A stretch of 63,427 bases of DNA, filler included, from Sphacelaria rigidula (taxonomy: Eukaryota), in the NCBI GenBank assembly GCA_964200075.2. It is 8 parts of 8 records of this genome, joined end to end, with 100 filler letters (N's around TTAATTAATTAA, not from the genome) between each part and the next. Parts side by side here need not be neighbours in the genome. Positions count along the whole stretch, not along the records: positions 47,648 to 55,487 come from CAXNAA020013285.1; positions 55,588 to 63,427 come from CAXNAA020013286.1; 6 more parts are not named here. One strand, given 5' to 3'. Positions 52,279 through 63,427 of the stretch are shown here, piece after piece. The position numbers and the translations under genes were made by a program. The notes beneath the pieces are model-generated. The model was not told where the DNA came from. It ran no database searches and saw only the letters and a program-made list of their open reading frames with translations. Position 1 is the stretch's first letter. Each line of letters starts with the position of its first letter.

Positions 52279-52527
52279 GACACTTTCTACGATAGCCCCT
52301 ACCCAAAAAGTGCATAGTTTTGGGAGGCAAAATCTTCACATATATCGAAATGAGAAACACCACGCACAACGAGCAGCTGGGAATTCCCACGCTTGGTTTC
52401 GTTTTAACCTATGTAGCCAATATGAGGCGCTTCATGCGGCCTGAACCCCAGCATCGGGCGCTGTATGGCCATTGTTGTTGTGACACGTTTGGGCTGGTTT
52501 TGGGGAGGGGCTATCGTAGAAAGTGCC
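52279..52527. mobile_element. MITE inserted in the Copia integrase, 4-bp TSD
   Basis: Same family as 45485-45744, flanked by GGTT on both sides. Removing it restores in-frame SYLATRAPHSAL. Confidence 0.9.
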
Positions 52528-54946
52528 GGTTGCAAGGTAGGATGTCGTGAGCATTAATTCCCCCGAGGGAAAGGTCGGTAAACCGCCGTCGGCAAGCATG
52601 CACCGGACCATGGCTGCAAGCGTCCTCCCTACGCGTTGTGACGGGCCGATTCGTAGTGGTGTATTGGTGCTCGCAAACTCTAGCAATGTGTCTATCTGCA
52701 GGCAGTATGTTCTGAAATCGTTGCTAATAAACTCACCCCCTTTGTCTGCCCTGAGTCGTTCGAGCCGAACGCCGCCGGTCCCACCCATGGTCATGACCAG
52801 TCGGAACGTGCGTTGCACTTTGTTGTTGGCTGTCTTCGGATGGGCTGGTTGATGTTTTTTTCCCAACAGCACGAATATTCCAGTCTGGGACAGATCCACC
52901 GAAGTCCCCTTCGTTACTTTCGACGGTTTCAAGAAGGTTCAAACTATTGCTGCTCGTGTGCCCTATCCACCGATGCCACAGCGTGGCGGCGTCTGCAGCT
53001 TGCACAGCCAGTTCAGGCGCGTCGTTGCCGCTGATTATTTCTAGAGAAAAGAAGTACATGTCACTCCCTTGCTCCTGCAGCGTGACGGTGAAGTTGTTTG
53101 TTTCCGGTCTTTGGTTGTTCATCTCGATAATAGATACCACTCCATTTCGTGTCGCTTGCTTGACAGAGACCAGATTCCGTCCCAAGCCAGGCACGATCAA
53201 ACACGAAATCTGGACCAGGCATTCGACCTCTTCGTCTTTGATGTGTTCGGGGAGTAGTCCCTTACCAACCCCTGCCAGTTGGTTCCCCCCTATGGTGGTG
53301 ATCTTACGCGAGATCGCCGGTTCCTCGTAGTTGTAGAGTTTGTGTCGCAGCCCCGGGATGAGGGTATCGTCAAAGTAATGTCCCGACGCGCCACTGTCTA
53401 TCATGACACTGACAGAGCTGACAGAGCTGTTGCTGCCCTCTTTCCACGTGTCAAGAACGGGTTCCGCCGCGAGAGCCGACCGATACCGGCAAATGGTTCA
53501 GCGTTGTCGTAGGGGTTCGACGTGGCTCGGTGGTATAATGAGCTCCCAAACATCAACCAGACGTAATTAACCACGGCTATTGTGGCCAACGCGCGGATTA
53601 TCGGGGAAAGTGCCTCCTTGATTCCCCGCAATGTGTTGTGAGTTCTACGCCGCAACTCCAGACCCCCGGTCTCCTCGGCTCCGTTCGTCCCTTCGAAGGC
53701 GCCGAAGAGTCCGCTGCTGTTAACTGAAGCAACGAGATTCTTCGTTGGAGAGGACGGCCAAAGGTTGTCTGTTTCCCGGGGATTTCGTGTTCTGGGCACT
53801 TCTAAGACATTGAAGGAGATGGCCGGGGTCTGCTCCCTTGCACCAGTGACTGAGGGGTAACCCGACCACTGCGAGATTCGCTGCCTGCTGGTTGCGCCTT
53901 TGCAAGAACCGGCACTCTTCGTCGCTGTGGGTTGTTGTCATGTGGAAGGAGCACCACTTGACAGCAAATTGTGCGAATTGAGGTTTTACTCCGAGATGAG
54001 GTTCAAGTGGGCAGCCCGACTTGCGAATTGTTTGTAGCAGAAGTACCGAGGATAAGCTCTTATTCCGAAGAAGTAACCTGTGGAGGTGAACCCGTAACGC
54101 GTCATATTCAGTACGTCAAAGAATCGAGAGAAGTGAGTCGGGTGAGCACTCTTGTTACTCTACACCACAGGGAAAAACGTGGCAGCGCACGGATCCCATG
54201 TCTTGCGCGAGGAACAACACCCCGATCATGCCCGACAGGGCGGAGGGGGGGGTGCTCGTCAGGCACGACTAAGACGGGCACCGTTCGCGTCTTTGTATCG
54301 ATGAGCTGCGGGTTTGTGCTTCCCCCCTCAATCAAAACGTCGGTTTCAACGCAACATGAATAGCCCATTGCCCACAAGATTCCGTCACGGAAACGACTCG
54401 GATACTCACCTTTGAACCCTTCCCTCTGGCGAAAAGAATGATGCATTGTCTTTCATCGAATTCGAGAACGCGAGCAGGTGTTCCACGCACGGTGCTACCA
54501 TCGGTTGCGAACGACAAGTGTTGATGCCGTCTACTCTTATCAACGGGTACCCCCGGAACAAAACCACGCACAACGCGACAGGACGGTGAACCACCCGTCC
54601 CCCAAACCCCCTACCCCAACCCCACCCCATCCAAAACAGACCCTCGTTTTCAGAACCGAAGCCGCAAACATTATATCCGCCAATCTCCCGCGCCGTCATC
54701 GGCAGCGTCTTCATCTTCATCTGCATCGTCTTCCTCATCATCGTGGCAGGGACTAGCGGCTGGGGTGAATCCAAGCCACCTTTTGTTAAATCCAGGACCC
54801 CCTACAATGATTATGTCCCGAAGGGGAACCTTGTACTAACAAATGATCTCCACCGACCCCCGTGTCGACCCTCGCCACCATCCCCATTACTATGCACAGG
54901 CGACCATCACCAATAAACAAACTCCGTTCCCCCAACACTGCTGTAG

Positions 54947-55202
54947 CTACGCCGTCAACGCTCGGGATATCCCATCGTGAGGTACATACGAAGTGATGAC
55001 ACGTACATCCGTATGCTCCACGTGGCGAACAACGAGCAGCTCCAAAAGATGCTGTCGGCGGCAGGAGTGTGTGGCCCACGCGATGAATCGGACCTGCGCT
55101 TGAACGGCGCGTGTCCTCTGTATTACGCTCTTTGGAATAACGCGCGCGAGGCGGATAGTTGGAAATGTACCAATCAAGCTACAGAGCCATTTAAGATACA
55201 AG
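54947..55202 (+). CDS. Possible exon of an unidentified gene
   Basis: TAG acceptor and CAAG|GT donor candidates enclose an open frame, LRRQRSGYPIVRYIRSDDTYIRMLHVANNEQLQKMLSAAG...PFKIQ. Confidence 0.35.
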
Positions 55203-55589
55203 GTTTTTTAATCGTTCATATCTCCGCGAAATATTAACCGTTTTCCGTTCTGTTTTTTTCTGCGTGTGCACAAGAGCTATTGTATGTGTCTCAAGCATCC
55301 GATTACGTAGTCTTACAGCCCTGCGAGTAAGCGCGTATGTGTCATCATCCAAAATCAGCTTTTTGGTCGATCGGCTGCTAAGCATGCAGAGAGCAGAACG
55401 TGCAGCACAGGCCGTATAAGCGGTACACAGCGGTCGTCCTAGCTTCCGTGCTGCAGCTACGACCTTTGACATCTCCGTCGGTGCACTNNNNNNNNNNNNN
55501 NNNNNNNNNNNNNNNNNNNNNNNNNNNNNNNTTAATTAATTAANNNNNNNNNNNNNNNNNNNNNNNNNNNNNNNNNNNNNNNNNNNNCT

Positions 55590-56955
55590 CGAAAAAAATT
55601 GGTCCTGACCATAGTAGAACACCCTGAACCAGTGAAAAAAAAAAGAAAAAAATCAACCTCACCCGCTTGTTTCGTTAATCAAGCCTCAGAGAGCGCCCAC
55701 ACCAAATTTCAATACGACAACCAAACGGGGGCCGGTGAGTGGCCTGCGAAATATTGTTCCGAATTTCTATTGATGGGCCCATGCTCTTTTAAACATTTAG
55801 AGTTGGACCCTGAAATTTGGTATGGACAGTGCATGGGGATAAGAAAAAAAACTACTGAAGTACCAACAGTTTTTTTCATGAGTTAAGGGCAATAATCGGT
55901 TTTCAGGTATCACCAAAATGCCCTTAACTCATGAAAAAATAAAACTCTTGGTACTTCAGTATTTTTTTTGTTATGCCCTATGCACTGTCCATACCAAGTT
56001 TCAGGGCCCAACTCCAAATGTGTAAAAGAGCATGGGCCTGGAAACTTCAAATCCGCCTCTTGGCTGGCCCAGCTCGTACCTTCCTCCTGTGTGACCCCGG
56101 CTGATGCACCCACATACACCGAAAGGTGTAGACTGGTGCCCAGAATAAATGGGACAACAAACACACAGACTAATTTCAAAAACTAGAACAATCAACCAAA
56201 ATATTACCAAACGAAACATTTGATTGTAAATTACTTCAAAATATAGCGGGAATCTCGAGTTGGAGATATTCCATTCCCATCGTTTTTGAAGTTGACCTCG
56301 ATTTCCGTCTGCAAGTCGGACAGTCATATTTTTTTTCACTCCGCGGATTGATCCGGATAAGGTGTAAAAATTTCAAACGGAGCACATATATCTTTACTTG
56401 AAATCGATCATGACCTGTTCACGTGTTGTTACCCCCATCGCATTTTCAGTACAGGCTGGGCCAGCCCACGAGCGGATTCGTACTTTGCAAGCGAATTCGC
56501 AATTTTTATTGGAGTTGGAAAGTGAAGTTTGGTACGGACAATCAACGGGGCATGAAGGAAAGCTGTCGGTGAGGTTCGGATTTGTTTTCCTTCATGAGTT
56601 GAGTAAAGCATTTTACCGAAACCTCAAAACTGATCACTGCCCTCAACTTATGAAGGAAAAAAAATCGGGACCTCACAGACAGCTTTTCTTCGTGCCCTGT
56701 TGATTGTCCGTACCAAATTCCACTGTCCACTTCCAGGACAAAAATTGCGAATTCACCTTTGAAAAACCGGGCTGGCGAAGATTCGGGGCAGTATTTTGCA
56801 GGCCGTTTCTCGGCCTACGTTTGGTGTTTGTGAAAGAAAACTTTGTGTGGGACCTCGCTAGGTCATGATGAACCAGGAGAAATGGGTGGGGTTGGTTTTT
56901 ATTTTTATTTTCAATGATTGAGGGCGTTCTAGTACAGTAACGACCATTTTTTTAT
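55590..56955. mobile_element. Nested foldback element (~1.36 kb)
   Basis: Outer arms ~55590-55767 and ~56780-56955 are inverted. The inner palindromes 55776-56038 and 56491-56756 are homologous to each other. A SINE fragment lies between them. Confidence 0.8.
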
Positions 56956-59900
56956 GAGAACGTCCGGACCTCTCATTAAAAAGAAAAATGAGCCATTTTC
57001 TTCTCTTTACTCAGCATACCTCTGTTGTTCTCCATGCCAAGTTTCAAATCACATTTCTAAAAATTAAGCTGAAAAATTGAGATGCGGCCCAAGAGCAAAG
57101 TTCATATCTCCTCAAAACTCCCCTGAAAACACGAGAAAAGATGAAAACAAACGAAAAAAAAACCGAAAAAGCTGTGTTTTTTAGTTCGTTATGCACAAGC
57201 GGTTCTCTTTAATACTGGCCTCAACGAGAAAAAGCTGGCCCAGATTTTGAGCGGATGGGCACCTTCCCCCTGATGAGACGATTAATACGATATGCGAATC
57301 ACGGCCAAACTCGTCTGTGTCGTTGAGATATCGATCTGAGAGCTTATATCTGTTTTTAGGCTGGCCCAGCTCATACGAATCAATTGTCTTCCCCTGTTTG
57401 AGACGCTAGCTTCATTCTCTTCAACTGCAGTGTTCACGAGGTTGAGACACACTCGACGTGCACAGCTCGCACAGAGGGAGATGAGCACAGCTATATCTCC
57501 CAGCACTTGTCCGAGTGAGGAAGCATGGGCCCATCGACGGGTAGTACGGACCAGTGCTTTCCAGCAAGATGACTACCACGCGCAAGGTGCGTGGGCGTTG
57601 TCGTACGATCGAAACGGGGATCGCCTCTCCCGAGAGGAAGGACAGTACAGAGCAGCAGCAGCAGCAGCAGTATCGGCACCGGCTGATTCATACCCATCCC
57701 CAGCAGTACACATCTACTGGCAGTGAAAATGTTGCTGCTGCTATTGCTTCTCTCGTGCGGGAGGCGATCCGCATTTCGACCTGGAACCATGCCCATGAAA
57801 CCTTGCCCGTGATTGCCGCCCTCCTTGCAGTCACTCATCTGTTCGCGTGATGTTCCCGTCACTACTCTAACGAAGTGATTCTCACTTTCCTTGCTTCGTT
57901 AATACACCGCCTGAGGAATTGGGTGAAGCTCATGGGAACGCCCACACCAAAATCGTTATCCGCTGGATGTATCGTTTGGGGTTTCGTGAAGATTATAGTT
58001 TGGACGATTTTTCCGTACGGTATAGGAATCACGACACATGGGGTTTAATCAACGAGGAAGTATGGCCCAGGCTTTTCAGCAGATGCACACCTTCCCCTGG
58101 CCCAGCTCGTGTAACAGTCCGCCTTTATTGGAGGTATCTCAAACTCGGTTTCTCGGTACATTTGACTGTAAATTAGTGTTGTTGAATGTACTGTTGAACC
58201 TCGAGTTCGACACCTATACTAAGCGCTCGTCCTCGAGAAAAAATCGAAACCAAGGCCTCTGTGAACGATACTCGAAATATGTCACAAATAGTGTAAAGGA
58301 TGCAAGAATGTCCATCCGCGTTGGGGCGGTGGATTTTCACGGCAGGTTCAACCATTGCTGTTAGAGGAAGAGAGCGCTTTGCAATTTGGGCCGAAACCAG
58401 TTCTCGTTTTTCCGCCGCTGGTTTCATCTTCACATTGTCGAAATGCACCGCGCCGTATGTTGCATTTTGTATCTGTTGCACATCCTCATTCTCCCCACTC
58501 ATTTTTTGGGGGAATGTCAACCTCAAGAAAATAATGAAAGCGATGGAACAGCGACGAAGAGATCGTGCGCTTTTCATTAGGCAAGCTTGTACTCCGAAGA
58601 ACTGCACCGGTGCTCGAGGAGTAGCTTCTTGACCGCCATGATGGATCATTCGGGTCCCGTAGTCATTTTTCGAGTCAAAATAATGCCGATTCAACAGATT
58701 ATTTCACCCGTCTGTTTTAGGGTTGACGCTGTGACCCCACATGCCTCTACAGCCCGAATCTGTTCATCCACCACTCCGTATCTTGATTTCTGGTTACGAG
58801 TATTCCCACAGGACATCATTAGGGGTCTCGGCGATCAAGGTGTCAAAGCTACCGCGTCAAGGGATTCGAGTAGCTCCGAGTAACGCTGATTGTCCCGCAG
58901 GGAATTGGTGTCTGTCTTGCGCAGTGTAGAGAGCTATGGAGTCAGTGCAACAACAGCAGTGTAAAACAGAGTACGATCCCCGATACACGGCTAACTCCGG
59001 CAAGAGGAATAGTCTCAGCTCAGAGACGACGTTTGCTGCTTGCACATACCCGCGGCAATAAAGACCATCGTATTTCTGTATGGCACCCATGTCTGACAGA
59101 CCCATCATCAACGCGCGTCGTCGATGACGATAGGGGAGAGGTGGAGGGGGGCGGGGGGGGGGCAACTTGTTGCAAGATTGATTGCCGTTGACGGCAAACG
59201 CTTCCCTGTACTTTACGAGAGATGCTACGAAACTTTTCCCTTCCAATCCTCATGGGCATGTACAAAAAACCTCGCCTTCCTACGGTACAATGACCATTTC
59301 CGCCCCACGCACGGCAACCTTACACTTTAGTACCCAAGGGCCGTGCACGCCCGAAGACAGACGAGAAAGCGTGTGCGGATTCAACGAGATACGAGACCAG
59401 CGTGTTGGGGGCCTTCCCGAACGACTAATTCGATCCACAATATTTTCATACACTGCCGGACAGAGGGTTTTGGGCCCCACCGGGAGAGGCATACAAAGGG
59501 GCCAAACCACGCATGATGAAACACGGGCTCATCCCCTGTGCACCACGGTTCGCAACCTGGATTTCGTTCAAATTTACCATCAAATGTTACATGTAGACTG
59601 TAGATTTGTAGATGAAGACAACCGGTACACCAGTGGCAACTGTTCAAATACTGAAGATTTCAATCGAAAACCAGGGGGAAAGAGCGGTCGTGAGGGGGCA
59701 GAGCAAGGAGTGGAAATCCCACGAACGATCAATGCCCAGCAATATGCATGGCACAGCAGAGGTATCGAGGTTCACCGTATACTCGACAAAAAAAATCCCG
59801 GCAACGTCGAGTTCGAGATACCTTAAAAGATAGCACAAAAAAGGACCGACATTTCATCGTTACTATTTATATAGAGGTATTATTTGAATACCAAGAAATG

Positions 59901-62900
59901 TCCTACCGTTCACGATGGGAGTTCCGTCTGCCGTGCCAATAAGGACAGCCCCGATCCCATGAGATCGATCCATAGCGCCCGTGCCATGAGATCTGCCAGA
60001 AACGGAAAGCAGAGCAAAACACTCGAGTCAGTAATGTGCATGCACACCAGTCAAGACACTCGCCAAGTACAAACAGGAACTGCATACAATACACAACAAG
60101 ATAAATGGTCATCTTGTTTTTTGTTCCTCAACTCATCTACATATAGATCTATAGACCGTGTACCGCACTGTTGCGGGCCATCCACCCTCAATTCAGCAGA
60201 GGAAAATCACCAAAAATAGAACGCAACAGGCGAGATGCACGGGGGAAGGAGAGTTGGGAACACAATGGCCAAGCATATACTGCATCCACTTAGGCGATCA
60301 GCGATCCATACGTTGTACACATCATGGCTCGCAGCACGCTTGCTTTGCCGGTACCCGGGAGCAAACACTTGAGCAGCTCTTGCGCACGCGCGTACTCGGG
60401 ACGTGAAGGCACACCGGAAGCAAAATCGCGATCCGTCGATTTGTATGTGGTACAACGCATGAGTATAGCGCGATGCGCTCAACACCAGGAGGTGAATGTG
60501 GGTGGGGGTACGGTGTATAGAAAACGTGTTCATGGCCATTAGTACATCCGTTCAAAACATGCTTCTTGGGCCACCCATTTTTGGACAACCTCACACCGAG
60601 GATGAAAGGAGGCAACGCCACTCGTGTCTGTGGCAAGGATAGCGGTTGCGAAAAGCAGAACCAGCATATAAACATGCGGTACTCAATTTTGTAGCATCAA
60701 AGCTGAGCGGTTCAGCTCTTCTCTCTGTGTGCTGGTGCACAGGTGCGCAGACAACGCAACAGTGCCTTGATTTGCGGGAAACTGTCTACTTGTAATACAA
60801 GAAAACAAGAAAACGTCACAGAATAGGATTTCTTTCGTCTTGTACTTGAAGATAGTCTACGGTACACGGCGAAAAAGTATCCGAAGTATAAAGGGAGTTC
60901 GACGACACTCTTCTCTCTCACCGTTCTATTATCTTGTTGCAGAATTCTTGAAGCGCTGGGCTCTGTCGACATGACAAGTGAGCGATACAGGAAGAGCGAT
61001 ACAAAACAGAGAGGCCAAGGGCATCATCTCGTGAGGATACGATTCTGTACAAGTCTGTTGACTGATGCCATGCGTCGCGGCTATACACCGACATCAGAGG
61101 AAAGAGAAGAGGCTACACCACCTGTTTTATATAAGCATTATCGCAACAACGGTACACCAGATGTTTCGATTCATGTGTACTCACCACCGAGGCGGGCATT
61201 CTTCTTCGACTCCGATGTAACGCTGTGTGATGCTGTCACTCCAGGCGGTGGACTCTCTCCGTCCTTTCTCCGTATCTGTCCTCACCACAAAGGGTCTCAG
61301 CAAACAGTAATAGCAGGAGTACCGTCTTTCTGCTGAGGAAATTGGGCTTGTAAGGAAATTGTAGTATAACATTGTAATATCTAAACAACATTAAATTACG
61401 ACAAAAGCTGTGGAGAGATCACCTTCCCGTTTGATATTTCGGGCACAAGGTTGCCTCCTGTGGTTTGTTCTCTCGCGGTTGTCGAACAGGCCAGTACAAC
61501 AGTAGTGTTTATCCGCACCCCGCACCCCTACCCGGCGTTCACGAGATATACCAAGCGAATACTATAGGCGCGGATATACAGTGAAGCACAGCAGGGCACG
61601 TGCTACAACTGTTGGTGAAGGAGAACATGGCCGTTGCTGGCGATCCGGTGAGCTGACTTATTCATGAGTCGTGCAGGACCAGTGGTCATGTGAAGGCGCC
61701 CATCCCCAGGGCCCCGCCGTGCCCGGTGGTACGTAACGTGTACATACATGTGTTGTATCAAATTATCAAACTATAACAGCATGTCATGTCATGTGTATTC
61801 ATCCCGAGCAGCGGACCGTTTTTGAAGGTATCGGGCCCTAACACACCTGCGTTCGCGGGCAGCAGACCGTTGTCCTGGAAAGTATGGAACCCAAACGTGG
61901 GGTGGGTCGTATGTCTGTCCACCAGGTGGAAAGGGCATGTAGAAAGTGGAATGGCTCTATGCCACAACAGCACAGACAAGACAATGAATTCGCTGTAGAC
62001 ATCAATTCACTGTGCTTTATGTGCCATGTTGCCCATGACAAACAGTGATGGTGGTTTTCGTCTATTTTCGGCTCTTGCAGACTCGGGAAGAAATTTTCCC
62101 TTGTCGCTGAAACTCCTTGTGGACGAATCAAAATGTTCCGTGCAGGTATTGTCGCCACAGTAATGCGGGGTATCCACGGTGAAGGGTTATTGGTTGACAT
62201 CGACCAACCTTTTGTCCTTATTTTTTTTGTTGTCTCATCTTTGTAGTTGCGACCCCCCGCCCCCCCCCCCTCCCGATGTCGTCTGGATAAACTCGTGGTC
62301 TCAGCAATCGACCCTTTCGTCGCCGTTACTGACTTTACCTGCTTCGTGATCTAAAACCGAGCGTAGGATGGGCACTCTCCCGGCCCGTCGACGTCCATCG
62401 CACGTTCGTCTCAAGGGATGTTTTAGTTTGCTTTGGACGACGGAAACAGGGAACGAGCGAAGACAATCGATCACCTTTGTGTGTAGTGCACTGCAAAACT
62501 GTCCCTTGTGCTGTGTTTACTGTACATGTACTCCCCCTAACGAATCAGTGTCGCCACCGAGGCGCAGCGGATCTGTGTGCTGTGTGCTGGGGTATTCTAT
62601 CCATGGATGTTTTTCGACGATGATGCACGTGGAAGGTTGGTTCACCGTGACAAGAACGGTTGTGGGCTGTCAGCAGCTCGGCGCTGTCGGCTGTGCTATT
62701 TACGACAAACGTTCTATTCTAGGCCGCCTCATTTGACCCAAAAGAAGAATGGGGGAAAGTTGAGGCAATCCCGGGCCGACAAATTTGTTGTTACTCGGCG
62801 AAAACGGTTTTAAGAACAATTACTTAGGTGTCACTCTGGGAGGAACGTGGGTTTTTACACCGAGATGGTGACGCCCGCCCGCATCGTACTTCTCATTATT

Positions 62901-63427
62901 CATTTGGTGGACGCAACAGCCGCCGCTCCAGTGTTTTATCGGCGATAAGGTCCGTCCCTGGTTTATAACCTGAAGGATCAAGGCATCGGGGAGTCAACGG
63001 ACTAGATCAAGCACGCAAGCGCCAATATCCGCAAGCACGTGTGTAGCTTATCTCTGAGGTGCGTCCTTAACGACCTCGAACTTGATTCCATTCCCTGCAA
63101 CGCACAAGCTGGCGACGGATGATTCTTCGCAAGGACCGGCACCCAGATACTGTTATGGGGGTGAATGAAGGCCTTAGGTCCTGTCTTACTTAGCACATTA
63201 GTTTTCGATCGAAAATGTGCGCTGAAAAAATAAAAATCCTCATCTTATAGGTCGTAATTCCAACTATCGTCGAACATTTGGAGATGGTTGAAATCACGAC
63301 CTATCAGATCGGGATTTTTGTTTTCCACTGCACAATTTCTATCGAAAGCTCATGTGCTAAGACAGGGCCTTAGACCCACTTTTATGGCAACGAATCTCGA
63401 TTTGTACAAATATGAGAATTTCAGCCC

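Larger units (their letters stand above)
49714..54000 (-). mobile_element. Degenerate Ty1/Copia LTR retrotransposon
   Basis: Domain order gag-PR-IN-RT-RH: gag Cys/His motif (KWCSFHMTTTHSDEEC), protease MIDSGASGHY, LWHRWIGH, integrase ADKGGEF, RT C-terminal part (MGDVSLVLGIE, FQAIAGSVMYL) and RNase H (YIDNTSTLHVAGN..RVKHIALRYFFIQE). No matching 5' LTR found. Confidence 0.95.

Noticed and set aside
54075-54430. 5' LTR and PBS of the Copia element
   Set aside because: No similarity to the 3' LTR at 49714-50036, and only a weak PBS-like match.
7843-55587. TTAATTAATTAA recurring every ~7.94 kb as a periodic biological signal
   Set aside because: It is embedded in fixed 44-N blocks between size-sorted contigs, so it is an assembly linker.
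57265-57330. Hammerhead ribozyme (CTGATGAG...)
   Set aside because: It has CAAAC instead of GAAAC and no stem I partner. Other CTGATGA sites (46652, and 50569 inside Copia coding sequence) also lack closing stems.
1-63427. Fanzor/TnpB, Helitron Rep, tyrosine recombinase or giant-virus core genes
   Set aside because: I found no RuvC/zinc-finger, HUH, YR or NCLDV hallmark motifs in the supplied translations. Highly decayed copies cannot be excluded without a profile search.

Overview
This window is not one locus. It is eight unrelated eukaryotic contigs of about 7.84 kb (1-7842, 7943-15784, 15885-23725, 23826-31666, 31767-39607, 39708-47547, 47648-55487, 55588-63427), sorted by length and joined by an artificial 100-nt spacer (44N-TTAATTAATTAA-44N). 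Adjacency across spacers therefore has no biological meaning. The DNA is repeat-rich and intron-containing, and the repeat and LINE/Copia peptides suggest a brown alga such as Ectocarpus (inference). Contents: a degenerate chromodomain-bearing Ty3/Gypsy element, a degenerate Ty1/Copia element with two nested MITEs, two RTE-like LINE relics tail-to-tail, a tRNA-headed SINE family (7 copies), many MITE and foldback families (piggyBac-, hAT-, Harbinger- and TGT..ACA-type), a hAT transposase fragment, a hairpin-containing tandem repeat, and a spliced, probably decaying, atypical protein kinase gene. Most short ORFs in the track are noise. No prokaryotic operon or CRISPR array is present. The most unusual observations are: (i) a putative hAT-type element whose inverted arms contain 5S rRNA internal-promoter-like sequence and whose centre has collected piggyBac insertions at two separate loci; (ii) a conserved ~90-bp palindrome fused to a tRNA-type A/B-box promoter in two contigs, with arm covariation.
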